Shown: in pieces, positions 28,509 through 38,917 of the stretch
Layout: every line of letters starts with the position of its first letter
Numbering within the stretch: position 1 is the first letter of the stretch
Origin: Candidatus Uhrbacteria bacterium
Lineage (GTDB): Bacteria > Patescibacteriota > Patescibacteriia > UBA9934 > GWF2-40-263
Direction of reading: 5' to 3'
Assembly: GCA_023246355.1 (NCBI GenBank)
Contig: JAHFIQ010000003.1
Location: 85,018-149,017 of the forward strand
Length of the DNA: 64,000 bases
Notes under the pieces: model-generated
Seen by the model: the letters and a program-made list of their open reading frames with translations, nothing else
The model's database searches: none
Told to the model about the DNA's origin: nothing
Position numbers and translations under genes: made by a program

Positions 28509-29111
28509 ATGCGTAGGTTTCCCGAACCCATTACCAATCTCGTCGCGGCTTTTGCACGACTTCCTGGCGTGGGGCCCAAAACGGCTCTTCGCTATGTTTT
28601 TTATCTTCTGCAACAGCCCAAGGCAGATTTGGAAGTGATGGCACGCGCCCTTATCCAGTTAGGAGAACGCATCCAAACCTGTCCGCGTTGCTTCACCTAC
28701 ACCGAAGCTCAGATGTGCGAAATTTGTTTGGATCCAAAGCGCGACAGTAAACTCCTCTGTGTGGTGGAAGAAGCACGTGACATCGCAACAATCGAATCCA
28801 CGGGCGGATTCAACGGTCTCTATCACGTGATGGGAGGATCGCTCAACCCGATCGAAGGCATCACGCAAGACGTGATCCGTTTTCGTGAGTTGAAAAATCG
28901 TATTGAGACAGAGCCAGGCATCGAGGAGGTGATTCTTGCTCTTTCGCCGACCACGCAGGGCGAAACAACGATCCTCTTTTTACAAAAACAGCTCGCGCCT
29001 CTGGTGCGTTCTCTGACTCGCCTCGCCCGCGGCCTCCCCATGGGCGCCACCCTCGAGTTTGCCGACGAGGTGACCTTGGGAGATGCGCTCAAAGGAAGGA
29101 GGAAATTATAA
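28509..29111 (+). CDS. recR: Recombination mediator RecR
   Basis: LPGVGPKTA, C4 zinc finger, CVVE, YHVMGG, RLARGLPMG, DEVTL. Confidence 0.97.
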   Translation: MRRFPEPITNLVAAFARLPGVGPKTALRYVFYLLQQPKADLEVMARALIQLGERIQTCPRCFTYTEAQMCEICLDPKRDSKLLCVVEEARDIATIESTGGFNGLYHVMGGSLNPIEGITQDVIRFRELKNRIETEPGIEEVILALSPTTQGETTILFLQKQLAPLVRSLTRLARGLPMGATLEFADEVTLGDALKGRRKL

Positions 29112-29209
29112 CGAGGCTCCCCCCTGCCCGAGGGGAGGGTTTCATAAAAGCAAGAGCGCACCCGACGGCGAGCCGAAGGGGGGCTCAAGCCGCGCGAGTG
29201 CGCAGAGGG

Positions 29210-29779
29210 TCATGTTGCCGTGGAAATGAGCCGCGGCTTCACGAACAGGATGAACATCATGGTGCTCTCGATGGCCAGGAACGTGATGGGCTGTGCTGCG
29301 TCATCGAGCGACCACGAGGGCACTGCCGCTACCGCGAGCAGACAGGAAATCCAGTACAGCGTCCAGGCCAACTTGTCTTCTTCCCCTGGCTTGCCCCAGG
29401 CATTCTGGAAGGTCGGCACGGAGCCGATGAACATCGCGGTCAGGCTGGTTGTCAATCCAATGGTCGGACTGTCAAACACCTGCCACAAGACGATGGCCAG
29501 AGCCGCGCACAAGAGACAGAACTTGTCGAGCCACGTCCATCCTGGCTTGCCGTATTTGAGCGCGAGTGTAGCCACCGTCCATGTGCCGATGACGGCGGCG
29601 GTGATCTGGCCGTTCACGGAGTGACGCGCGAACATTCCGGTGAACGTGATCGAGTCCAGAGCACCCCAGATGATCCAGGACGTCTTCTGCGGCCTCGTCT
29701 CACCGCGCACCACTGCACAAATGTAAGGGATGTACGCAATGATGAACACGATGGCGGAGAGAGTGGAGAGGATCTGCAC
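29210..29779 (-). CDS. Hypothetical multi-pass membrane protein (GC-rich)
   Basis: About 6-7 TM segments; AGGAGG SD before GTG 29779; TTGACA...TAGAAT upstream. Confidence 0.75.
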   Translation of the reverse strand: MQILSTLSAIVFIIAYIPYICAVVRGETRPQKTSWIIWGALDSITFTGMFARHSVNGQITAAVIGTWTVATLALKYGKPGWTWLDKFCLLCAALAIVLWQVFDSPTIGLTTSLTAMFIGSVPTFQNAWGKPGEEDKLAWTLYWISCLLAVAAVPSWSLDDAAQPITFLAIESTMMFILFVKPRLISTAT

Positions 29780-29865
29780 GTTGACCTCCTGTCGTATGCA
29801 ATCGACTAATGATTCTAGCAAAAAACAGGCCGTCTGTCAATCGATGGGCCTGTTTTTGCTTGGAT

Positions 29866-31650
29866 TTACTGGATGAATCCACCGGCTTGGATCTCCCAAA
29901 GTTTTTTGTAGATGCCTTCGTCTTTTTTGAGAAGCTCCTCGTGCGTGCCAGTGTCAATGACTTTGCCTTTTTGGATGACCACGATTCTGTCCATCTTCAT
30001 AATGGTGGAAAGTCGGTGGGCAATGACGATGGTTGTCTTGTCACGCATCAGCTCTTCGAGCGCTTCTTGGATGAGGGACTCAGATTCTGAATCAAGACTG
30101 GATGTGGCCTCGTCCAGAACCAGGATCGGCGCATTCTTGAGGATCGCTCGAGCAATTGCAATGCGTTGGCGTTCACCACCGGACAACTTCACTCCACGTT
30201 CACCAACAAACGTCTCGTACTTTTGCGGCAGCTCTTCAATGAACTCATGGGCATGGGCTTTTTTCGCTGCCTCGATCACTTCCTCATCCGTGGCCTCTCG
30301 CCGACCATAGCGAATATTTTCCATCACCGATCGATGAAACAGAATCGGCTCCTGCGGCACAAGCGCGATGTTGCGACGCAGACTCTCCTGCGTGACCTTG
30401 GCAATGTCCTGATTGCCAATCAGAATCTGACCGCCTTCTAGGTCATGGAATCGAAACAGCAATTTCACCACCGTCGACTTCCCTGCTCCAGACGGTCCCA
30501 CCAATGCGACTTTTTCTTTTGGCTTGATGATGAGATTCATCTTACTGAGCACACGACGTGTCTTGTTGAAACTGAACGTGACATTCTTGAACTCAATCCG
30601 ACCTGATTGCACTTGCAACTCTTTGGCACGTCGTGCGTCCACCACCTCGTGAGGCATCTTCAAAATCTGTACCATTTCATCAGCATCAGCCAACGACGTG
30701 AAGACTCGGCGAATGGCTCGGCCAAAATCCCAAATTTTGAAAAAGATTCCCAGAAGCGATCCTTGAATAAGCGCAAAGTCACCGATCGTCAGCAGTCCCT
30801 TCTCCCACAGACGGATAGCCACGTACATGATGACAAACTCAATCAAGAACATGAACGAAGACTGAAACGCATCCATAAGCTCACCCAGTCTCCAGGTGAA
30901 CGTCTGGGCTCGACGCATTCTCTCTGTCACCTCGGCAAACAGTCCGTCCTCAAACAACCGTCCGGTAAACAACTGAACCGTTACCGCGTTGGATATTGAG
31001 TCAGCCAACACGCCTGTTGCCTCTGAGTCGATCGCCGCGCTCTTGAAGTCATACTTCAATTTCCAACGAGCATACACCACGTTGACAAATAGAAAAATAA
31101 AAATCCAGATCAGCAAGATTCCTGCCAGAACCGAACTTCGGCTGTAGAGAACCACTAAGTTTCCGATCAGCGTGAACGTGAGTGGAATAAAATGAAACTG
31201 GACTTGGTCGGCAAAATCTTCAAACGATCTTGCCAGACGTGTGACTTTTCTCACGAGTGCGCCAGCAAAGTTGTTCGAGAAGAATCGAAAGGAATGCTGG
31301 TGCAGGTATGACAGAGACGTCTGCTCCAGATCCGCCATCACGCGGGGCTGAAACCAGGAACTCATGAGTCCTGAGACGCGCCAGCCCAACCATTCCAATC
31401 CATGAAGAACCCCGATGATGACAATCGTCCCGATGAGCAGATGGGCGATCGTTTCTGTTCCTGGCGAGAGATCCCCAGACAGCAAATCGAAAAATCGTTT
31501 ATAAAAAACCGGCACAAGTACATCGATTGCATTGGCAAATGCAATCAACAACAGCATGAATAGGGTGCTGCCTTTGTACTTGGACACCTGTTCCCAAAAG
31601 ACCCTGAGAACATCACGCGTGTGAATTTTTTGTCTGGCGTGTTCATTCAT
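29866..31650 (-). CDS. ABC exporter, fused permease/ATPase (MdlB/MsbA-like)
   Basis: 6 TM plus GPSGAGKST, LSGGERQR, LVLDEATSSLD, IAHRLST. Confidence 0.95.
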   Translation of the reverse strand: MNEHARQKIHTRDVLRVFWEQVSKYKGSTLFMLLLIAFANAIDVLVPVFYKRFFDLLSGDLSPGTETIAHLLIGTIVIIGVLHGLEWLGWRVSGLMSSWFQPRVMADLEQTSLSYLHQHSFRFFSNNFAGALVRKVTRLARSFEDFADQVQFHFIPLTFTLIGNLVVLYSRSSVLAGILLIWIFIFLFVNVVYARWKLKYDFKSAAIDSEATGVLADSISNAVTVQLFTGRLFEDGLFAEVTERMRRAQTFTWRLGELMDAFQSSFMFLIEFVIMYVAIRLWEKGLLTIGDFALIQGSLLGIFFKIWDFGRAIRRVFTSLADADEMVQILKMPHEVVDARRAKELQVQSGRIEFKNVTFSFNKTRRVLSKMNLIIKPKEKVALVGPSGAGKSTVVKLLFRFHDLEGGQILIGNQDIAKVTQESLRRNIALVPQEPILFHRSVMENIRYGRREATDEEVIEAAKKAHAHEFIEELPQKYETFVGERGVKLSGGERQRIAIARAILKNAPILVLDEATSSLDSESESLIQEALEELMRDKTTIVIAHRLSTIMKMDRIVVIQKGKVIDTGTHEELLKKDEGIYKKLWEIQAGGFIQ

Positions 31651-31667
31651 AAAAGAAAATCACCGCG

Positions 31668-31988
31668 TTAGGCGGTGATCTTTTCGATCTTGATTTTTGT
31701 AAATGGCTGGCGATGCCCGACATTGCGTCGATAACGAACTTTGGACTTGTACTTGATCACGGAAACTTTTTCCGCGCGTCCTTGTTCTTGCACCGTGGCC
31801 GACACCTTGGCACCGCTGACCAAAGGCGTACCCAATTGTGTGTTGCCCCCGTCTTCGTCACAAATGAGGAGCGCGTCAAAATGGACGCTGGCTCCAGATT
31901 CGTTTTCAAGTTTCTCAATCGCAAGGATCTGTCCTTCGTGGACGAGATATTGTTTTCCTCCTGTCTGAATCACGGCTCGTTGTGACAT
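31668..31988 (-). CDS. rplU: 50S ribosomal protein L21
   Basis: AVIQTGGKQYLV, GHRQPFT. Confidence 0.97.
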   Translation of the reverse strand: MSQRAVIQTGGKQYLVHEGQILAIEKLENESGASVHFDALLICDEDGGNTQLGTPLVSGAKVSATVQEQGRAEKVSVIKYKSKVRYRRNVGHRQPFTKIKIEKITA

Positions 31989-32059
31989 AGTATCATGACG
32001 CGGCTCCTTCCATCTATGGATGCAGTGTGCCAGCGACGATTAAGAATACGAGCGAAATC

Positions 32060-32572
32060 TTACTTGTCCCCAAGCTCTACGTCAAGAACATCCCCTACCT
32101 GCACGCCGTTTTGAGCCACAAATCCCGCTTGTACCTCAAGAACACGATCAACAGGCACTGGAGAATAATAAATCGTATGCACCGGATCTTCTAAAGGCGC
32201 GTCCTGTTGAAACCCCACAACCGTGTCCCCATCGATCCAAATGATGTCGATGGGAAACAGCATGTCCTTCATCCAAAACCCTTGAATTTCTTTCGTCTCA
32301 AACAGAAACAGCATTCCCTCATTTTCAAGAAGGGGCTCATGAAAAGACAACCCCTGAACGCGCTCAGCGGCTGTATCTGCGATCTCCACGTTCACTCTTG
32401 TTCCGTTGACAAACTCGACCGTTGGAGTTGGAAGTGAACGCTGTTCTCTCATATGAGAAAAAAGCGTTTGCGCATTCGGAAACCAAATCACGGCAAGTGC
32501 GATCAAGCACAGCATGACTCCCAGGAGCGTCCATGGCCGATTACCGTTGAGCATGTCGTTCTTTTTGTACAA
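32060..32572 (-). CDS. DUF192-family protein with N-terminal TM (start may be ATG 32554)
   Basis: VEIADT..ER..GL, GMLFLF, FWMKDMLFPIDIIWI, VLEVQAG. Confidence 0.9.
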   Translation of the reverse strand: MYKKNDMLNGNRPWTLLGVMLCLIALAVIWFPNAQTLFSHMREQRSLPTPTVEFVNGTRVNVEIADTAAERVQGLSFHEPLLENEGMLFLFETKEIQGFWMKDMLFPIDIIWIDGDTVVGFQQDAPLEDPVHTIYYSPVPVDRVLEVQAGFVAQNGVQVGDVLDVELGDK

Positions 32573-33581
32573 AAAATAACGCGGTAAGCAGCATCACCAG
32601 ACACAGCACGATGAGCGCCACGAGTTTTTCACGGCTCTGAAGGAAAAGCGCGGTCACACCGAACGCTGCGGCGACCGCCACATACAAAATCACGATCCGT
32701 GTTTGTCCCCAACCGAGTGCGAGCAGCCGATGGTGAAGATGTTTTTTGTCGCCGAGAAAGACGCGAGCAATGCCGCCTTCGCGAAAACGCCGAGAGATCA
32801 CCCACAGAACATCCAAAAGGGGAATGCCCAGGACCAGCAAAGCGGTTGCGACTTTGCCGCCAGAGATCACCGCAAGGATTCCAAGCATGAATCCGACAAA
32901 CGTCGAGCCACCTTCACCCAAAAAAATCGAGGCAGGATGCACATTCCAAAACAAGAATCCGAGATAGGATCCAATCGTCACAGCTGAAAGCAGGGCAACA
33001 TCTGGTTGAAAATAAGCAGCGGTAAGTGACAGCAGCATGATCATCACGGCTCCAACGGAGGTGACAGAGGTCGCCAGTCCATCAAGCCCATCCAAAAATT
33101 TGGTCGTATACATGACCAGCATGAGCCAGACAAACACCAGGATGTCAGATTGCCAGCTCAAAAGCACGATCACCCCTCCAAACGGATTGGTCAGCTTATC
33201 CACTTCGATTCCAAACGCGATCACTGTGAGCGTGGCCAGGATCGGAGCAACGATCGTGGCGTGTGCAGGCAGATCAAAACGATCATCGAGGATCCCACCG
33301 ATCATGAGGATCAACCCTCCGATCAAGACGCCGATGTAGTGGGCGGTCACGATCTCTCCGGATGTGAGTGCCTCGCTGGTTGAGAGAATGCCAATCACCA
33401 CCGCGCTGACAGAAACAAAAATCGCCAGTCCTCCTAACCGCGCCACAGGCCGCGTGTGAATTTTCCGGCTGCTCGTCGGTTTGTCAACGACACCCATCAC
33501 CAGGGCGACACGCCGAATCAACACCGTCAAGAGGAACGAAAGGATGAACGCCAACAGTCCCCAGAGGATGAGCAAAGTCAT
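32541..33581 (-). CDS. MraY/WecA/TagO-family undecaprenyl-phosphate sugar-1-phosphate transferase
   Basis: RKIH..PVARLGG, GILDD, DGLDGLA, PASIFLGEGG, HLHHRL. Confidence 0.92.
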   Translation of the reverse strand: MTLLILWGLLAFILSFLLTVLIRRVALVMGVVDKPTSSRKIHTRPVARLGGLAIFVSVSAVVIGILSTSEALTSGEIVTAHYIGVLIGGLILMIGGILDDRFDLPAHATIVAPILATLTVIAFGIEVDKLTNPFGGVIVLLSWQSDILVFVWLMLVMYTTKFLDGLDGLATSVTSVGAVMIMLLSLTAAYFQPDVALLSAVTIGSYLGFLFWNVHPASIFLGEGGSTFVGFMLGILAVISGGKVATALLVLGIPLLDVLWVISRRFREGGIARVFLGDKKHLHHRLLALGWGQTRIVILYVAVAAAFGVTALFLQSREKLVALIVLCLVMLLTALFFVQKERHAQR

Positions 33582-36196
33582 AGAGCGGCGGCTTCTTCTA
33601 TGCGAATCCCTCCTCCTGCCTCAAGCACAATCGTGTCACGTCGTTTCACTTTTCCTTCCAACAGAGCGTTGGCAATCGCGTTGTCAACTTCCTCCTGTAC
33701 CAGACGCCGCAGAGGTCGCGCGCCAAATTTTGGATCAAAGCCTTTTTGCGCGAGCTCGGCAATCGCCTCAGGAGCCGCCCGAAATCCGATGCCTTTTGGC
33801 TCCAACCGTTTTGCCACCTGGGCCATAAACAATTCTGTAATCGAAAGGACATCTTCACGTGCAAGAGGCTTGAACACAATCACCCCATCAAACCGATTCA
33901 AAAATTCAGGTCGATAAATTCCGCGCAATGCTTCTTCCAACAACTGCGTTTTCACACTCGCCAGATCTTCGCCACGTCCTACGGCATCTTGGATATACTG
34001 CGTGCCGGCATTGGAAGTCGCGATGATGATCGTGTTGGTAAAATCAACCGTGCGTCCTGCCGCATCTGTCAAACGTCCGTCATCAAACACCTGCAAAAAG
34101 AGATTCAAAATATCGGCGTTTGCTTTTTCAAGCTCATCCAACAGGACAATGGAAAAAGGATTTTTCCGCACGGCCTCGGTGAGCAACCCACCTTGTCCTG
34201 ATCCTGGCACACCGATCATCCGATGGATGCTCGAGGGATCTTGATACTCGGACATGTCCAGGCGAATCATCAGGTCCTCTGAACCGAAGTAGGTCTGTGC
34301 GACGGTTTTCGCCAGCTCTGTCTTTCCCACACCAGTTGGTCCGAGAAACAAAAACGTGGCGATGGGTCGAGCTTGGGAACGCAATTCTGTCCGTGCTCGA
34401 CGGAGCGCGGCGGACACGGCTGACACGGCTTCGTCTTGGCCGATCACGCGACCATGCATGCGGCTTTCAAGGGCCAACAACTTTTCTGTTTCATCGGATT
34501 GAACCGAAGTGGTTGGGATTCCCGTCTTGCCGGCGACGATCAGACTCACATCTTCCCCTGTCACCAACGCATCCTTACCTCTCGTCTTCGCCACCTGCAG
34601 CGCGGTCTCACGAGCAATTTCAATCGCCTTCTTTGGCAAGTAGGTTTCATGCATGTACCGATCGGTGAGTGTCACGGCCTTCTCCACGGCCTCGTAGCTG
34701 AACACCACGTGGTGCTCATATTCCATTCCACCAATTTTGGATTCAAGGATGTGAATGGCCGCTTTGTGATCGGGTTCCAACACATCGACCTTCTGAAATT
34801 CGCGACCGAGCACAGATCGCTCCACCACTTCGCTGTAGGCCTGTGGCGTGGTGGTGGCAATCGCGAATGTCCCGCTGCGTGAGAGAAAATCCACAAGCGT
34901 TGAGGCGAGATCGTTGGCCCCGTTTTGCGAAACGAGTTGATCGATGTCGGTGATCGCTAGAATAATATTGCGAGACTTGGCGACTTCCGAGAGCACAAGC
35001 AGCAACCTCTCCTGAGCCTCTGCCTCAGAGGCACCAGACACAAGATGAGGAATCGAAAGACGCACAAGACGTTTGTCTTGCAAAATCGTTGGCACACACT
35101 CTTCCACCATCAGCTCAGCCACACCAGCCACGATGGATGTTTTTCCTACCCCTTCAGATCCCACGAGGATCACACTTTGACGACCACCTTCGATCACGCG
35201 AAACAATTCTTCGATCTCGCTCTCGCGCTCAATCAGCATGGGCAATCTGCCGGACACGGCCGCGGTGGTGAGATCCTCAGAAAGGGCATCGAGCATGGGC
35301 GTGACCACGCTGGTCATTGATCGATTCATGGCGCCTGTGGGTTTGTAGAGCGCGGCTTTTTTAAAACGTTCGTAGCGCTCACGCATCTTTTCGTGAATGC
35401 CAAGCCACGCCACCATGTTCCAAAATTGATTCTCATCCACGTGGTTGTCCAAGAGGAGCTCCTGCAAAAAAGGATCTGCTTGATAGCTTGCCGCAAACAC
35501 CGCAAGCGCGGTCACGTGCTCTTGTTTTTCTCGCAGAGCCCCACGAAAGCCTTCCAACAGGACCCGCTCAGCATCCAAAGAAAACTGCGTGGGTTTACTC
35601 AGTGGCCGCGTTGAAAGCCGGCGTGTCAGAGGATCTTTCAGTACATCGACTGTCAACCCAAGACGATTAAACACAACATGCACGTTCACATCATCAAGCG
35701 CCCCGACAAAAAGATGAATCGGCTCGACCGTTGCGTGTCCGTAGGAATTTGCCAGCTCAAAGGCCGCCTCAACGGCTTTCTTGGCATCGGGTGAAAAGAA
35801 CGTTTCGATGTTGATCGCCTCGTTCACTGCATCCACCTCTTCCACCTTCCCCACCTCTTCTCCCACTGGCATCTTCACTTCACGATGCGCCACAAGACGC
35901 TTGTGATACCAAACAAACAACAGCGCGAGCCCTGTTCCCCAGACGAACACGAGAGTCCAAGAAGGCTTCATCCAAAAGGCAGATGTCAAAACACGTGTCG
36001 GATCTGTGATGAGCAACAGAAGGATCGCCACCGCCGCAAAAACGCAGGTCTTCACCACACTTAAGATAAACAACACCTGCATGGCTTTTTCGTGAGCTGA
36101 GCGATCCATCACGATTGCCTCGTCCAGGACCGCAGACCAGACATAGGTCTTGCCACCAAGTTGTACGGCGAGCTTTGGCATATCAGAAAAGGACAC
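33578..36196 (-). CDS. Clp/Hsp100-family ATPase with an N-terminal membrane anchor
   Basis: Two TM segments, Clp-N repeats, GSEGVGKT, RVIGQDEAV, GPTGVGKTELAK, LLDELEKA, FGARPLRR. Confidence 0.9.
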   Translation of the reverse strand: MSFSDMPKLAVQLGGKTYVWSAVLDEAIVMDRSAHEKAMQVLFILSVVKTCVFAAVAILLLLITDPTRVLTSAFWMKPSWTLVFVWGTGLALLFVWYHKRLVAHREVKMPVGEEVGKVEEVDAVNEAINIETFFSPDAKKAVEAAFELANSYGHATVEPIHLFVGALDDVNVHVVFNRLGLTVDVLKDPLTRRLSTRPLSKPTQFSLDAERVLLEGFRGALREKQEHVTALAVFAASYQADPFLQELLLDNHVDENQFWNMVAWLGIHEKMRERYERFKKAALYKPTGAMNRSMTSVVTPMLDALSEDLTTAAVSGRLPMLIERESEIEELFRVIEGGRQSVILVGSEGVGKTSIVAGVAELMVEECVPTILQDKRLVRLSIPHLVSGASEAEAQERLLLVLSEVAKSRNIILAITDIDQLVSQNGANDLASTLVDFLSRSGTFAIATTTPQAYSEVVERSVLGREFQKVDVLEPDHKAAIHILESKIGGMEYEHHVVFSYEAVEKAVTLTDRYMHETYLPKKAIEIARETALQVAKTRGKDALVTGEDVSLIVAGKTGIPTTSVQSDETEKLLALESRMHGRVIGQDEAVSAVSAALRRARTELRSQARPIATFLFLGPTGVGKTELAKTVAQTYFGSEDLMIRLDMSEYQDPSSIHRMIGVPGSGQGGLLTEAVRKNPFSIVLLDELEKANADILNLFLQVFDDGRLTDAAGRTVDFTNTIIIATSNAGTQYIQDAVGRGEDLASVKTQLLEEALRGIYRPEFLNRFDGVIVFKPLAREDVLSITELFMAQVAKRLEPKGIGFRAAPEAIAELAQKGFDPKFGARPLRRLVQEEVDNAIANALLEGKVKRRDTIVLEAGGGIRIEEAAAL

Positions 36197-36560
36197 CGAT
36201 CAAGGAACCAAAAAAACCAAACAGGGCAAGAGGAAAAGCAAAGATGTACAAAAAGAAAAGGAAGACGGCGACCAGAAACCAGGCAACCACTCCGAGACTT
36301 CGGATGACAATCACCGCCGAGCGCACACCGATGCTGATGAGTGAGCCAGCAATCGAATCATCACCATACATCGGCACAAACCAATTTTTCACCCAGACGT
36401 CGACACCAAAAAATTTCACTGATCCGCGGACGGAATTCAGCAGCCATAAGGATGTTTCGGACAAGCCTCGCGAGTACCACCACACAGGCCAAAACAACCC
36501 TTCCCGGATTCCTGTTCCTAAAAGCGTGCGAAAGACGAGTTGTCGTGAGGGCGTGATCAT
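36183..36560 (-). CDS. Small membrane protein co-transcribed with the Clp ATPase
   Basis: WPVWWYSRG, KNWFVPMYGD; overlaps the Clp start. Confidence 0.7.
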   Translation of the reverse strand: MITPSRQLVFRTLLGTGIREGLFWPVWWYSRGLSETSLWLLNSVRGSVKFFGVDVWVKNWFVPMYGDDSIAGSLISIGVRSAVIVIRSLGVVAWFLVAVFLFFLYIFAFPLALFGFFGSLIGVLF

Positions 36561-36590
36561 GCAGATAATCTTATCACAAAAGCCGCCCAG

Positions 36591-37763
36591 TTAGGCGGCC
36601 TTTTCTATCCACTGACGTAAACGCTGCATCAGTGTCAGATAAAAATGAAGATTATGAATCGTGGAAAGACGTAGAGCTAAAATTTCGTTCACAGAAAAAA
36701 GATGGCGAAGATAGGCCCGAGACGTCGTCTTGCAGGTTTCGCAGGAACAGAATGGATCAATGCGGCCTTGGTCGAGTTGATATGTTTCGTTGGTTACGCG
36801 CAGCTTGTCATAAAAAGTCCGTAGTCCGACCTGACCCCATTCGATCGTTTCGGGTCGCTGGGTCCACACAAACAACGTTCCGTGTCTGGCATTGCGAGTC
36901 GGCAAAACACAATCAAACATGTCCACACCCATCTTCACATACTCCACAATTTCCTCTGGCATGCCGCCGCCCATGAAGTAGCGAGGTTTATCTTCCGGCA
37001 AAAGTTCGCAGACTCTGGAGGTTATCCTGTACGCATCTTCTCGAGACTCGCCCACGGAAAGTCCACCGATCGCATAGCCATCAAAACCAATGTCGACCAA
37101 TCCATTGACTGATCGCTCGCGAAGATCTTCGTGTATGCCGCCTTGGACGATACCAAACAGCTGAGCTGCCGCGTCGATATTGTCTCCGGGCCGCCGGACT
37201 GTCGCCGTCGTTCCCTCCGACAACATCGACGTGGCAGCTTTGTAAAACACATCTTTACATCGCCTCGCCCAACGTAAAGATCTCTCCATGGCTTCTTCGT
37301 ACCGCTCACGCGAGGAATCTCCCGCGGCCACATCATCAAATTGCATCGCGATATCAGATCCGATCGCGGATTGCATCTCCATGGACAGCTCTGGTGTCAG
37401 TGTGATGCGCGAGCCGTCCAGATGAGACTGAAAGATCACACCGTCTTCGGTCGTCTTATTCATCTTTGAAAGGCTGAATACTTGATAGCCGCCCGAGTCG
37501 GTTAAGATCGGCCCGTCCCAGTTCATGAATCGATGAAGTCCCCCGAGGGCTTTCATGTGTTCGAGTCCAGGGCGCAACAACAGATGGTAGGTGTTGGAAA
37601 GCAAGATCTGCGCGCCCAAATTTTTCATGTCAGCGCTCGACATCGTTTTAACCGCACCCTTGGTCGCAATGGGCATGAAAAATGGCGTCTCGATGATTCC
37701 ATGAGGCGTCGTGAGCTGCCCGCGTCGAGCACGGCCATGTGTTGTCTGCACATCCATTCCCAT
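36591..37763 (-). CDS. tgt: tRNA-guanine transglycosylase
   Basis: TPFFMPIAT, NTYHL, TDSGGYQVFSL, FGIVQGG, GGLSVGE, DMFDCVLPTRNAR, CxCxxC. Confidence 0.98.
   Translation of the reverse strand: MGMDVQTTHGRARRGQLTTPHGIIETPFFMPIATKGAVKTMSSADMKNLGAQILLSNTYHLLLRPGLEHMKALGGLHRFMNWDGPILTDSGGYQVFSLSKMNKTTEDGVIFQSHLDGSRITLTPELSMEMQSAIGSDIAMQFDDVAAGDSSRERYEEAMERSLRWARRCKDVFYKAATSMLSEGTTATVRRPGDNIDAAAQLFGIVQGGIHEDLRERSVNGLVDIGFDGYAIGGLSVGESREDAYRITSRVCELLPEDKPRYFMGGGMPEEIVEYVKMGVDMFDCVLPTRNARHGTLFVWTQRPETIEWGQVGLRTFYDKLRVTNETYQLDQGRIDPFCSCETCKTTSRAYLRHLFSVNEILALRLSTIHNLHFYLTLMQRLRQWIEKAA
37164..37239. repeat. Palindromic in-frame insertion inside tgt
   Basis: AGCTGCCGCGTCGATATTGTC ... GACAACATCGACGTGGCAGCT; encodes AATSMLSEGTTATVRRPGDNIDAAA just before LFGIVQGG. 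Confidence 0.75.
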
Positions 37764-37786
37764 AGGTCCTATTGGTCTCAGACGAC

Positions 37787-38881
37787 CTATGTCTTCAGGT
37801 TAAGCTCTTCAAGCAATTTTTTCTGCTCGCGTGAAAGTCTCTCTGGTGTCTTCACTTCCACGGTCACGATTTGATCGCCACGACCACGATTGGATGGCAC
37901 GCCCTTACCGCGCAAACGAAACTGAGAACCAGATTGTGTTCCCGCAGGAATTTTCAAGTCGCCTTTGCCATCAACCGTTTCGATTTCGATCGTGTCGCCC
38001 AAGGCCGCTTGGGTGAAACCGATCGTCGACTGGCTATGGATGTGAATCCCATCGCGCTCAAAACGAGGATCGTGCTTGACGTGGAGTCTCACAAATAAGT
38101 CTCCGGTGCGGCCACCACGCACCGCTTCACCTTTTTCGCGAACGCGAAGCACGGCTCCGTCATCCACACCCGCAGGAATCCCAACGGACAGCCGTTCGCG
38201 TTTTCGCTCTACTCCCTCACCATGACAGGTCGAACAAATCTTGTTTGGAATCTCTCCTGTTCCCTGACAAACCTCGCAACTTCTCTTGCTCTGCATGGTT
38301 CCCAAAATCGTTCTTTGCATCGTGACCTGCACGCCGCTCCCCTTACACGTGTCACACGTCTTCATTCCAGACCCTGGTTCACCACCCGTGCCTGCACAGC
38401 GTTCACATGCGGCATTTTTTGTGACCTCGATGTCTTTATTCACGCCAAAAACAGATTCAGAGAACGACAGATCCGCATCGACTTGAATGTCACTTCCGCG
38501 TGGCTGACCTCGGCCACCTCCTCGACCACCGAACATGTCTCCAAACAAGTCACCCAAATCTTCAAACCCTCCCGCCTGTTGGAAACCGGAAAAATCCCAG
38601 GCGGAGCCTGGTCCGCCTCTGGAGGAAAAACCTCCAAAGCCTTGACTTCCCCCAAAGCCAGACGACCCATCAAAGGCGGCGGACCCAAATTGATCGTACT
38701 TCGCGCGCTTTTCCGGATCGCCCAAAACTTGGTATGCCTCATTGGCTTCCTTGAACTTCGCCTCATCGCCGCCAGCCTTATCAGGATGATACTTGTGCGC
38801 CTGAGTGCGAAACGCTTTTTTGATGTCGTCGGCCGATGCGTTTTTGTTGACGTTCAGTATTTTGTAATAATCTTTGGGCAT
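37787..38881 (-). CDS. dnaJ: Chaperone DnaJ (start corrected to ATG 38881)
   Basis: KDYYKIL, HPD, G/F region, four CxxCxGxG repeats. Confidence 0.98.
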   Translation of the reverse strand: MPKDYYKILNVNKNASADDIKKAFRTQAHKYHPDKAGGDEAKFKEANEAYQVLGDPEKRAKYDQFGSAAFDGSSGFGGSQGFGGFSSRGGPGSAWDFSGFQQAGGFEDLGDLFGDMFGGRGGGRGQPRGSDIQVDADLSFSESVFGVNKDIEVTKNAACERCAGTGGEPGSGMKTCDTCKGSGVQVTMQRTILGTMQSKRSCEVCQGTGEIPNKICSTCHGEGVERKRERLSVGIPAGVDDGAVLRVREKGEAVRGGRTGDLFVRLHVKHDPRFERDGIHIHSQSTIGFTQAALGDTIEIETVDGKGDLKIPAGTQSGSQFRLRGKGVPSNRGRGDQIVTVEVKTPERLSREQKKLLEELNLKT

Positions 38882-38882
38882 A

Positions 38883-38917
38883 CGGTGAGTAGACGGTAGA
38901 CAGTTGACAGTAGACAA
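38883..38917. repeat. Heptamer tandem repeat (TAGACRG-like) downstream of the four-helix-bundle gene
   Basis: tAGACGG TAGACAG TTGACAG TAGACAA. Confidence 0.8.

Noticed and set aside
31668-31988. rplU without an adjacent rpmA
   Set aside because: Operon splitting is unremarkable in reduced genomes, and absence cannot be judged from one window.
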